64,000 nt of DNA from Flavobacteriales bacterium (lineage in GTDB: Bacteria > Bacteroidota > Bacteroidia > Palsa-965), in contig JBEIPA010000003.1 in the NCBI GenBank assembly GCA_040377305.1, forward strand, positions 160,001-224,000, given 5' to 3'. The notes beneath the pieces are model-generated. The model was not told the DNA's origin. It did not search any database and saw nothing but the letters and a program-made list of their open reading frames with translations. A program made the position numbers and the translations under genes. Each line of letters begins with the position of its first letter. Position 1 is the stretch's first letter. Below are positions 48,556-57,867 of this stretch, piece by piece.

Positions 48556-50661
48556 CTAATTGGTCTGATTGCGGCGACTTAAGTACATCGCACGAATGAA
48601 GAACACCATGCTTAATATACCGCCGATGAGAACGATGAATAGAATTCCACCCCGTGTAGGTTCATTAATCGGAATTACACCTTTCGCCCACCACCACACG
48701 GCAAGGTTTGCAACGGCACTGGCAAGGAGACTCCACATCAGTTTCGTAGTTCTACGTTTAGTCCACAAAATGGCAGTGAGTACGACGATGAATGAAAGAC
48801 CGCAAGCGATAAAACTTTGTGTGATCATGTACACCGCAATTGCAGCGAATAACGGCAGCACATAATCCATGATATTTACCGTAGATGCATCGTGTTGTGA
48901 ACCGTACATTCTCTTTCTCGACCACATGCGGAAGAATCCGAAAAGAAGAATGCTGAAAATTGGCGCACCTACGTTTACCGCCTGCCACCACGCACGTTGT
49001 TCACGCGCTTTCGTGCGATCAAGCATGCGAAGCGTAACCTCACGGGAGCGAACTGAAATCAATCCCTGATCATCGAGCAAATAGTTCATGCAATTCAGAA
49101 GGAATGTTTTGTTGGCATAGAACGCTGGATTTAACCGGTTGAAACGATCGATTCCTAACGGACCAGCTTGTCCCTGACGAATTGGATTCGATGCAACATC
49201 GCCATCAGAAATCACAATGATCTTCGTAGGCTTCCCGGTTTTGATGTAACCGATTTCTTTCGAATTCACAATTTCGTCCGCAAGAATTTTCTGTTTGAAG
49301 TACGAGTTAAACGGACCTTCGAGCAAAACAGCCACAGGCATTCCCGGGCGATTGAATTCGTCAGGTTGACGATCATACATCGACATCATCAGCAACAACT
49401 CCGAAGGTGCGCGGAAAATGTTCGACTCATTGGAAGACTTCAACAGAATTTCTTTCTTAATCGGAGCAGAGGTCGTGATGGTGTCAATGGAACCAACAAA
49501 ATCGAACTTGATCAGATCAAGATTAAGTACGATCGGATGTTTTTCTGCAGGAAGAATGGTTGGTGAATAGTACCAATCCCGTTCTACAAACTGCATTTGC
49601 TGACCTTGTCCGACCGGAATCTGAACTTTGGAGCACTTCAGATCTTCAATTAATTCTGTCTTCAAACCTGCTCCGTAACTGTAAAGTACTTCTTCCAATC
49701 CGGGATCAGTCTCCGTAATTCCGTAGTGGCGACGAAGAACCATGGACGATCCTTGCATCTGAATGCTGTCCATTTTCGCAGTGGTTGCATCCACCAGGAA
49801 CATTGCTTTTCCGCCATAGATGATGAACTGATCGAGAATAAAAAGTTCTTGTGTGGTGAATGCCGAATCAGGTCCGACCATCACCAGGGCGTCGTATTTA
49901 TTTCTGATCTGTGTGGCGTTCTGTAAAGTATCACGGAATGTATTCAGCAAAGGACCGAAAGGAACGAATTCAACATCGTAATACTCGCTGAGTCCTTTCA
50001 CGAAATCTGCAATCTCCAACGAATCGGCTTCACCGTGTCCTTGTGTAACTGCAACTTTCGGTTTGATATTCATGCGCACTTTACGGATACCATTCGAGAG
50101 TTCATATTCCAAACCTTCGATCGCATTGTTTACGGCTTCTTCACTCGGACGGGAAGATGATCCCATCAACGGAATGATGATTTCACGCGTCGTGCCGTGA
50201 CGGACGATTGCCCAGGGAAACAACAACTGATTTACCTGATTGCCGTTTTCGTCAATGTTGCTTTCCGCATGGGGATACATTCCCTTTTCCGCCAATTGAC
50301 GTTGGAAAGCTTTGCGCGCATTCTCGTCATCCTGTTCGCCCGGATCAACAAAGTTGTATTGAATGTTGTCGGGATTGTACGCACGAAACTCCTCGAGCAT
50401 GATCTGCGTTTCATCGCGCAGACGTTTGTACTCACTCGCACCCTGCGGAAAATCACCTTCGAGATATACTTCGAAATAAATGCCGTCGTCGAGTGAATCC
50501 AGCATTTCTATAGTGCTCTCTGCAAGTGTGTAACGACCTTCACTCGTAAGGTCGAAACGATGGAAAACGTACTGCGAGGCAATATTCAACAGTATGATCG
50601 CCACAATGCCCAATCCGAGCAAAGTGATGTCCTGTTGTTTATTGTTCGTTTTCTTTTCCAT
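48556..50661 (-). CDS. gldG: Gliding motility ABC transporter substrate-binding protein GldG with C-terminal multi-TM extension
   Basis: RFDLTSEGRYTL, EVYLEG, LEYE, GHGE, LDQFIIYGGK, ISDGD, N..FLLN..NYLL; TAATG overlap with gldF. Confidence 0.9.
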   Translation of the reverse strand: MEKKTNNKQQDITLLGLGIVAIILLNIASQYVFHRFDLTSEGRYTLAESTIEMLDSLDDGIYFEVYLEGDFPQGASEYKRLRDETQIMLEEFRAYNPDNIQYNFVDPGEQDDENARKAFQRQLAEKGMYPHAESNIDENGNQVNQLLFPWAIVRHGTTREIIIPLMGSSSRPSEEAVNNAIEGLEYELSNGIRKVRMNIKPKVAVTQGHGEADSLEIADFVKGLSEYYDVEFVPFGPLLNTFRDTLQNATQIRNKYDALVMVGPDSAFTTQELFILDQFIIYGGKAMFLVDATTAKMDSIQMQGSSMVLRRHYGITETDPGLEEVLYSYGAGLKTELIEDLKCSKVQIPVGQGQQMQFVERDWYYSPTILPAEKHPIVLNLDLIKFDFVGSIDTITTSAPIKKEILLKSSNESNIFRAPSELLLMMSMYDRQPDEFNRPGMPVAVLLEGPFNSYFKQKILADEIVNSKEIGYIKTGKPTKIIVISDGDVASNPIRQGQAGPLGIDRFNRLNPAFYANKTFLLNCMNYLLDDQGLISVRSREVTLRMLDRTKAREQRAWWQAVNVGAPIFSILLFGFFRMWSRKRMYGSQHDASTVNIMDYVLPLFAAIAVYMITQSFIACGLSFIVVLTAILWTKRRTTKLMWSLLASAVANLAVWWWAKGVIPINEPTRGGILFIVLIGGILSMVFFIRAMYLSRRNQTN

Positions 50662-51392
50662 TACCATCTGCGGCTTGCGAGAACCGTTTTAGTGAGCAGG
50701 ACGAAAAATGCGTTGAAGGTGACGAAGTAGATGATGTCTCTCGTGTCAACCACACCGCGACTGATCGATTCGTAATGTTGTGCAATACCGATTGACTGAA
50801 TTGTGCTTTCTACATCCGAGAACATGGAAAGCGTACTCAGGTAGTGGAAGCCGTTATAGCTCAGGAAACACAACATGAGCGACAACAGGAACGACAGTAT
50901 CTGACTGTCTGTTACTGACGAAGCGAAGATTCCGATGGACACGAATGATGCGCCGAGCAATAACATGCCGATGTAAGATCCCCAGGTTCCGCCGGTGTCG
51001 ATATTTCCCATTGGAGCTCCGAGGCGCCAAACGGTGTAGTAATAGATAAGAGTAGGTAGAATTGAAATTGCAACGAGAATAATTCCCGCGAAATATTTTG
51101 CAAGGATGATCTGAAGATCGGTGAGCGGTCTCGTAAGAAGCAGCTCAATTGTTCCGAGACGTTTTTCCTCAGCGAATGATCGCATGGTAATGGCCGGAAT
51201 CAACAACAAGAATACAAGTGGCCCGAGAATGAAAAGCGTGTCGATACTGGAATAGCCGAGTGTGAGTACGTTGAATCCGAGATCGAACACCCACATCGCC
51301 AATCCGGTTGCGGCAAGGAATACCACGATCACGACATAGCCGATTACGGAGCTGAGAAACGAACGTATTTCCTTGACAAAAAGTGAGTACAT
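50661..51392 (-). CDS. gldF: Gliding motility ABC transporter permease
   Basis: KEIRSF.SS.IGY, IPAITMRSFAEEK..GTIELLLTRP, HYESISRGVVD.RD. Confidence 0.93.
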   Translation of the reverse strand: MYSLFVKEIRSFLSSVIGYVVIVVFLAATGLAMWVFDLGFNVLTLGYSSIDTLFILGPLVFLLLIPAITMRSFAEEKRLGTIELLLTRPLTDLQIILAKYFAGIILVAISILPTLIYYYTVWRLGAPMGNIDTGGTWGSYIGMLLLGASFVSIGIFASSVTDSQILSFLLSLMLCFLSYNGFHYLSTLSMFSDVESTIQSIGIAQHYESISRGVVDTRDIIYFVTFNAFFVLLTKTVLASRRW

Positions 51393-51532
51393 AAAGCAGT
51401 TAAGGTCTGGGCGACCATCCAAACAGAGGGCATCTCGACTGGACGGCGTAAAAATAACGATTCAAGCGTCGTTTTATGCGAAAATCGACTCAACCTTTTA
51501 ACAACGTTTTACACGTCTAGCGCGGAAGGCGC

Positions 51533-51672
51533 AGATCGGAGTTGGGAGATGGGAGACTGGAGTGGGTGCTGTTCCTCCAGCAAGTCCATTAGACAGCCCC
51601 TGTGTTTTCTCTGAAAACTTTGTAAAAGTTTCCTCCTCTACACTCCCGTCTCCCATCTCCCGACTCCCATCT
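51533..51672. repeat. Inverted pair of 7-mer tandem repeats (GGGAGAY)
   Basis: AGATCGGAGTTGGGAGATGGGAGACTGGAGTG ... CACTCCCGTCTCCCATCTCCCGACTCCCATCT. Confidence 0.9.
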
Positions 51673-51703
51673 ATTTCTATATTCGCGATTCAAATTCAAG
51701 AAA

Positions 51704-53023
51704 ATGCTCGTCCTCAAATTCGGTGGTACATCAGTAGGCTCTGCAGAACGCATCAAGCAGCTTGTACCGCTCATCGGTGATCAGCGTCCGAAAATTGTTG
51801 TGCTCTCGGCAATGTCGGGAACAACCAATGCGCTGGTAGAGATTGGCGCCGCACTATATGCGCGAGATCTCGATAAGGCTAGAAACCTGATTGACGCACT
51901 TGAGAAAAAGTATCACGCCGTAGTGGCGGAACTTTACTCAGGCGAAACCGGTAAGCGAAAGGGAACAGAACTCGTTAACGAACATTTTGAATACCTGCGT
52001 TCATTCACCATCGACATGTTTACGGCGAATGAAGAGAAAGCTATTCTGGCTCAGGGCGAATTGCTCAGCACCGCACTCGTACATTATTACATGGAAGAGT
52101 ACGGATTCAAATGTGCTTTGCTGTCTGCATTGAACTTCATGCGTATCGATGCGAACGAAGAGCCGGACAATAATTACATCGAGCATCATCTCAAGAACGA
52201 AATTGCACGTTTCCCCGGAAATGATGTGTACATCACACAAGGTTATATCTGTCGCAATTCGTTTGGAGAAATCGACAACCTCAAACGGGGTGGAAGCGAT
52301 TATACCGCGACGTTGATTGGTGCAGCATTGCGTTCGGAAGAAATTCAGATTTGGACAGACATCGACGGGATGCACAATAACGACCCGCGTATCGTAGATA
52401 AAACATTTCCGATCAGCGAGCTTTCGTTTGATGAAGCCGCTGAGCTTGCTTATTTCGGTGCGAAGATTCTTCACCCAACTTGTGTTCTTCCTGCACAGCG
52501 AAGAAATGTTCCGGTTCGATTGCTGAACACCATGCAACCCGAAGCAAAGGGAACCGTTATTGGTTCGAATGCATCGGTTGATCGTATTACAGCAGTTGCT
52601 GCGAAAGACGGAATTGCTGCAATCAAAATTCGTTCTGCGCGAATGTTGCTCGCGTACGGTTTCCTCCGTTCAGTTTTCGAAGTGTTCGAGCGTTACCGCA
52701 CACCGATTGATATGATCACGACTTCAGAAGTCGCGGTTTCATTAACAGTCGACAACACTTCTCACCTCGATGAAATTGTTGCTGAACTTCAGGAATACGG
52801 ACAAGTTGAGGTCGATAAAGACCAAACCATTGTTTGTATTGTCGGAACATTCGGCAAAGACAAACAAGGTTATGCTTCGCGTGTTTTCGATTCGCTGAAG
52901 GAAATTCCGATCCGTATGATTTCTTACGGGGGAAGTGAGAACAACATTTCAATTCTCGTCGACGGGAAAATGAAGAAGCAGGCATTGCAGGCACTGAACA
53001 ACGGATTGTTTAACCTCAACTAA
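51704..53023 (+). CDS. lysC: Aspartate kinase
   Basis: KFGGTSV, VLSAM, RGGSDYTA, WTDIDG, ELAYFGAKILHP, two ACT domains. Confidence 0.96.
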   Translation: MLVLKFGGTSVGSAERIKQLVPLIGDQRPKIVVLSAMSGTTNALVEIGAALYARDLDKARNLIDALEKKYHAVVAELYSGETGKRKGTELVNEHFEYLRSFTIDMFTANEEKAILAQGELLSTALVHYYMEEYGFKCALLSALNFMRIDANEEPDNNYIEHHLKNEIARFPGNDVYITQGYICRNSFGEIDNLKRGGSDYTATLIGAALRSEEIQIWTDIDGMHNNDPRIVDKTFPISELSFDEAAELAYFGAKILHPTCVLPAQRRNVPVRLLNTMQPEAKGTVIGSNASVDRITAVAAKDGIAAIKIRSARMLLAYGFLRSVFEVFERYRTPIDMITTSEVAVSLTVDNTSHLDEIVAELQEYGQVEVDKDQTIVCIVGTFGKDKQGYASRVFDSLKEIPIRMISYGGSENNISILVDGKMKKQALQALNNGLFNLN

Positions 53024-53029
53024 GCGACG

Positions 53030-54181
53030 ATGTTGACACAATCCCAAATTACTGGTCTGCAGCAGCATCCGAGTCCGTATTATGCATACGACCTCGAACA
53101 TCTTCGCAAAACGTTGGAAGCCGCGAAGAGTGCATCGTCTCCTTATAAGTATCACGTTCACTATGCATTCAAAGCGAATGTAGATCTGAAAGTTCTTGCT
53201 GCCATTCGTGAATACGGATTCGGAGCAGATTGCGTGAGCGGGAACGAAGTAAAACGTGCAGTGGAAACCGGATTCAAATCAAACCACATTGTTTTCGCCG
53301 GAGTCGGGAAGAATGATGATGAAATCCGTTACGCGCTCAATCAGGATATTTTCTGTTTCAACTGTGAGTCGCTGCCGGAAATGGAAGTGATTAATCAGAT
53401 TGCATCAGAGCGTGCGAAAAAAGCGAGAGTTGCCTTGCGCATCAATCCAAATGTGCATGCGAATACGCATCATTACATTACAACCGGACTCGAAGAAAAT
53501 AAATTCGGAATCAGCATTCATGAATTGCCGGAAGTTCTCGAAGCGATGAAGGAACTCACGAATCTCGAGCTGATTGGAATTCACTTTCACATTGGTTCGC
53601 AGATTACAGATCTTGGTGTGTTTCGTCAGCTCTGTACACGCGTGAATGAAATTCAGGAATGGTTTGCGTCACGCAGAGTCAATCTGAAAGTCATCAACGT
53701 TGGTGGTGGTCTCGGTGTGAACTACCATGATCCGGAAGCAAATTTGATTCCCGATTTCAAAAGCTACTTCGATATTTTCCCGAAGTTCCTGCAGGTTCGG
53801 CCGGGACAGCAAGTGCATTTTGAATTAGGACGTGCGCTCGTTGCTCAATCCGGTTATCTCATTTCGCGGGTGTTGTACGTGAAGAAAGGAGTTCAAACCA
53901 ACTTCGCAATTCTCGATGCTGGAATGACGGAACTAATTCGTCCGGCATTGTATCAGGCCTATCACAAGATTGAAAATCTCACGCCTTCTCCTGGTGCAAC
54001 GATGGCGCGTTACGATGTCGTTGGTCCGGTGTGTGAATCATCCGATTGTTTCGGCAAAGCGATGGATCTACCCGAGATCAAGCGCGGCGATTTGATTGCG
54101 ATTCGTACAGCGGGCGCTTATGGAGAGGTGATGGCGAGTCATTATAATCTGCGCAAGCTCGAAGCGACGGTGTATCTCTAG
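53030..54181 (+). CDS. lysA: Diaminopimelate decarboxylase
   Basis: YAFKAN, NKFG, HFHIGSQ, GGGLG, ELGR, RPALY, GPVCESSD, AGAYG. Confidence 0.96.
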   Translation: MLTQSQITGLQQHPSPYYAYDLEHLRKTLEAAKSASSPYKYHVHYAFKANVDLKVLAAIREYGFGADCVSGNEVKRAVETGFKSNHIVFAGVGKNDDEIRYALNQDIFCFNCESLPEMEVINQIASERAKKARVALRINPNVHANTHHYITTGLEENKFGISIHELPEVLEAMKELTNLELIGIHFHIGSQITDLGVFRQLCTRVNEIQEWFASRRVNLKVINVGGGLGVNYHDPEANLIPDFKSYFDIFPKFLQVRPGQQVHFELGRALVAQSGYLISRVLYVKKGVQTNFAILDAGMTELIRPALYQAYHKIENLTPSPGATMARYDVVGPVCESSDCFGKAMDLPEIKRGDLIAIRTAGAYGEVMASHYNLRKLEATVYL

Positions 54182-54183
54182 CC

Positions 54184-54334
54184 ATTCAACCCCGACGGGG
54201 TTGTTTACCGTGGGTACTTTTTTCTTTACCGTAATTGAAGTCTTTCAGACTTCCGTGCATCAAGTAACTCCGGAGGAGTTCAATTACGGTAAAGAAAAAA
54301 TCGTGAGTGACGCACAACCCCGACGGGGTTGAAT
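54184..54334. repeat. REPIN-like four-hairpin element
   Basis: Identical outer hairpins CAACCCCGACGGGGTTG, perfect inner 22-bp IR (54218-54239 / 54279-54300), inner hairpins GAAGTCTTTCAGACTTC and AACTCCGGAGGAGTT. Confidence 0.88.
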
Positions 54335-55119
54335 TAATACCTACCTGTCGTCGTCCTTACATAGGAGAGCGTACACCCTTTCACATGATAAATATCCGTT
54401 GCGGTTGGATACGGAAGTTCCGGCGGCATTCCCGGACCGAATGGATATTGCAACAGCACGTATGTTGAATCGTTGTTCGTGACTTCGCGCACGTTTTTGT
54501 AATCGAGCATTCCGATATAATGCAATGGACTCAGGTACCGTTGAACGCGCACGGTGATTTTCGGTTGAGCTAAAAATCTTCTTTGCAGAGCTACTTTGTT
54601 GATTGGGCGTTTGGTGATGTAATCTGCGTAGAGGTAATCGCCCTGCTTTTTGACTTCGCCCACCGGAATCATTCCGACTTCAACGAAAATGTTGTCGAAA
54701 TTTTTGTAGCCGCATCGTCCGTTGCGTGTGCGCCATTTCTTTTTGCTCGCACCGGTAATCTGCAATGTAACTTTGTAGAATTCAGAAGTGTCCATGGCTT
54801 CCGGTGGATGATATGTTCTTAAACCAAACAGCAGAGAATCTTCGAGATTGTTGTACAGAAGCGCGAGGCATTTCTCGTAAGTTGCAATTCTTGATTCCTG
54901 GATGAGAATAGTTTGATAATACGGTGATGCGGTGTCCTGTGCTTCACGATAGGCGAGTGCAAGAGCGTCTGCTCGATAAAGTCCTGCGATAGAATCGCAC
55001 ACCGTGCAGGAACCAATTTGCGGTGCGCACTTATCGGTCGAATTTTCGGTCGATGGAGTCCACGCAACACAAATTGCGAATGCGATAAAACAAATAAAAC
55101 TAAAAGCGTAGTTTCTCAT
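54334..55119 (-). CDS. Secreted hypothetical protein
   Basis: 261 aa with a signal peptide. Confidence 0.7.
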   Translation of the reverse strand: MRNYAFSFICFIAFAICVAWTPSTENSTDKCAPQIGSCTVCDSIAGLYRADALALAYREAQDTASPYYQTILIQESRIATYEKCLALLYNNLEDSLLFGLRTYHPPEAMDTSEFYKVTLQITGASKKKWRTRNGRCGYKNFDNIFVEVGMIPVGEVKKQGDYLYADYITKRPINKVALQRRFLAQPKITVRVQRYLSPLHYIGMLDYKNVREVTNNDSTYVLLQYPFGPGMPPELPYPTATDIYHVKGCTLSYVRTTTGRY

Positions 55120-55223
55120 GTGGGTTTATCACGGACACTACTCGTGTTTGCAAAAGAAAAGATACGGCTATTGAATTCCGGATGCAAACCGAAAGTTCAA
55201 GTTTGTTAACGAAGAAATGTTAA

Positions 55224-57251
55224 CTAGCGCTGATTTTCGTAAACACCTGTGCGCTCACCACGGTATTGTAGCAAAATGGTGTCTTTGTACGTGGTTCGGG
55301 CAAATTCCACCTCACCGTCGCCATAAACGTAGAACACGTAGAAGGGACGAGCATCCCACTGAATGGTTTTCGCCCCGACTTTCAACTCACGCGTGGAACC
55401 TTCGTTGGCAACTGCAACAACTGTTACAGGGGAATTTCCTGTCGGAGTTTTTTCCCCTTGAGGAATATAAATTACTTCGGGAGCTAGCTTGGAGCTTGGT
55501 TGAGCGTAGATGCTGATTGACGAACCTGGAGCCAATTGTTCCAATCGGCGATTGATGTAAAATAAATTCAGGTAAGCACGAACATCCGTTGTGGTCACAC
55601 TAAAGTCAGAAACGGATTTACCCTTTTTCTTTGAATAATGTCCGAGTGGAGCAACTCCAAGTCCGAGCAGGTGCAGTGAATCCAGAAATTGATTGAGTGC
55701 GATATTCTTGGTTACAATTTTTCCGCTGCTGTCGAGTTTTACTGATTCTTGTTGTGCGAGGGTGATGTTGTATTTGACTTCGGGGGAATAACGAACGCCT
55801 GTCTCATACACATTATTCACGTTTTGAAAGCAGGTGGCTGCCTCCGGTTTAGATTGCGTCGCGTGTGCCCAGGCGTGAAAGAAAACAACAGAGATAGAAT
55901 CCAATAGATCGTCCTGAATCGTTGCACTAGTGTCCCATTTCGCATTTGCAGTTTTACTTGATACCGCGATGTGATAAGCTGCACCAACAGATGCATTCAG
56001 ATAATGTTCTTGATATCGATTCTCTGTGCTGCTAATGAACTTACCATGGTCATAATATCTTTCTTTTCGCAACTCGCCGTTTTCCGACCATTCACGATAA
56101 ACAGAATCGCGCAACGTTACACCTGTAATACCACTTGGTACACCATAACGTTCGCTACTGGGACCTCCTTTCGAATTCCAGGTTTTCGTCTGTAATTTGC
56201 CATGCAGATTTCGGGTCATCAACCATAGTGTTCCGGTAGATTCGTAGGTGGTCGAAATTGTGTCGTTTGGGCCGGGATTGTAATTGATGTAGTTCAAAAG
56301 ATTTCCATTCGCATACCAACTTTTCGAATAATGAACGTAATCATTCACACCCGGAGTCTTCGAGGAACGCCAATAGTTGTAACTCACTTGTTGCAAATTT
56401 CCTTTCTGATCCCACGCTTTCATAGAATCCGGATTTCCGGTTGCGCTAATCCAATGAATTGCTGCAAGAGAACTATCAGCGCGTTTTGAAATCCATTGTC
56501 CGGTTTCAACTCCGCGGGCGGTGTAATGACCAACGGTTACAATATCCGTTACCGTATCGTATTCGTAGTACGTGCCATACAAACCAGTCATTCCATTCAC
56601 GTAATATCGCTGAAGAACAGTTTTGTTTTCATCGTAGTGAACAACTTCTCCCGCAATTTGTCCGTCGAGGAATGTTTCGAGGTAAACTAGATTTCCGTTG
56701 TGGTAGTTGCTCTGAGTTCCGTCTTTGAGTGGCTCATCGTATTCAATTTCATCCCCATATTTTGCTCCGATGCGATACGAGCTTTCCAAAACAGTATTGT
56801 CGTATTGATATAGACGATCAATCATCATCACGTTCCCTTCGGCGTTCTGGTAATACATTCCGGAAGTGAAAAGCTGATTATCGTAGAAAACAGAATCAGT
56901 TGCGTACCAAACATACATTCCGTTTGTACTTACGTGAAACGATTGTCTTCGTGTTGCTTCAGAATCCCAGCTGTGGAAATCGACAATGGAACCATCGTTC
57001 ACCGTAGCTTCGATCTTCAACGAACCTTTCTCATCAATGATTTTACCGGTGTACAATGATTTTCCTTGATAGATTTTCACGGGAATTAAATCGGGATATG
57101 CATCCGGTTCGTTGCGCAGAACTGTTGCAGGATACTTCTTTTTGGAATCGTATCGCTTGAGTAAAAGCTCGTCGAGCGAGAATCCGACATTCGTTTGTGC
57201 GAACATGGAAAGTGAATTCGCCAATAGAAAAAGTACAACCAGGCAGCGCAT
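55224..57251 (-). CDS. Secreted protein with MORN-variant/YwqK-like repeats
   Basis: Signal peptide; repeated DG.Q..YHNG, W..NG.L and EWSENG.L..E..Y..G units. Confidence 0.75.
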   Translation of the reverse strand: MRCLVVLFLLANSLSMFAQTNVGFSLDELLLKRYDSKKKYPATVLRNEPDAYPDLIPVKIYQGKSLYTGKIIDEKGSLKIEATVNDGSIVDFHSWDSEATRRQSFHVSTNGMYVWYATDSVFYDNQLFTSGMYYQNAEGNVMMIDRLYQYDNTVLESSYRIGAKYGDEIEYDEPLKDGTQSNYHNGNLVYLETFLDGQIAGEVVHYDENKTVLQRYYVNGMTGLYGTYYEYDTVTDIVTVGHYTARGVETGQWISKRADSSLAAIHWISATGNPDSMKAWDQKGNLQQVSYNYWRSSKTPGVNDYVHYSKSWYANGNLLNYINYNPGPNDTISTTYESTGTLWLMTRNLHGKLQTKTWNSKGGPSSERYGVPSGITGVTLRDSVYREWSENGELRKERYYDHGKFISSTENRYQEHYLNASVGAAYHIAVSSKTANAKWDTSATIQDDLLDSISVVFFHAWAHATQSKPEAATCFQNVNNVYETGVRYSPEVKYNITLAQQESVKLDSSGKIVTKNIALNQFLDSLHLLGLGVAPLGHYSKKKGKSVSDFSVTTTDVRAYLNLFYINRRLEQLAPGSSISIYAQPSSKLAPEVIYIPQGEKTPTGNSPVTVVAVANEGSTRELKVGAKTIQWDARPFYVFYVYGDGEVEFARTTYKDTILLQYRGERTGVYENQR

Positions 57252-57307
57252 GTTCTGTTTTCGGATAGGTCACAGAAAGATACAAAGTTCATTGATCTGA
57301 GATGATT

Positions 57308-57658
57308 TCAGAACCGGTAAATCGTAATTTCCGAACAGATTTCCCTGAGTTTGCCTTCGATCAGCACAATATCGAAAGCGGACGGAGACTCATAAGTAAT
57401 GTGTACTGCGAGAGATGCAAGCGCATCTTGCCGCACATACACGAATCCGTTCTGTGCCATGAGCGAATCAACTTTTTCCCGACGGAGGAGAGGTTCATTA
57501 CCGCAGGAATCTGAGCGATCCATAGGCAGATAAACCTGAACTTTTGTAAGATTATCTGACGAGGTAACAGAAACATTTTCCTGTGAAGTGCTGTCTGCGG
57601 ATTGAGCACTCAGAAAAAACGGAAGGGTGAGCAGTAATGTGGTCAGAAAGTATCTCAT
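57308..57658 (-). CDS. Small secreted hypothetical protein
   Basis: Signal peptide MRYFLTTLLL...LSAQ. Confidence 0.6.
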   Translation of the reverse strand: MRYFLTTLLLTLPFFLSAQSADSTSQENVSVTSSDNLTKVQVYLPMDRSDSCGNEPLLRREKVDSLMAQNGFVYVRQDALASLAVHITYESPSAFDIVLIEGKLREICSEITIYRF

Positions 57659-57867
57659 CGATTGAGTGATGCACCCGTTCCTCCGATTCCACATTTCAGA
57701 GGCGAATCACACCGCAAATGTGGGGTTTTGCCTGACAAGAGTCAAATCGTGTCACCCGTTCACCTTGTGTATAAAGCCATTCATCCCGTATATGCCTCGT
57801 TTGGGCAAAAATGCCCATTCTCAGAGGGAAAAATGCGTAAAATTGCCACCGCTTAACCAGCAATGAC

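Noticed and set aside
51393-51703. Lysine riboswitch upstream of lysC
   Set aside because: The structure is explained by the GGGAGAY repeat pair. A -7-like TATATTCG lies only 18 nt before the ATG, leaving no room for a leader, and no L-box motifs were recognised.
55224-57251. YwqJK-type toxin-antitoxin or polymorphic toxin locus
   Set aside because: The repeats are generic MORN-like units and no toxin domain was recognised nearby.
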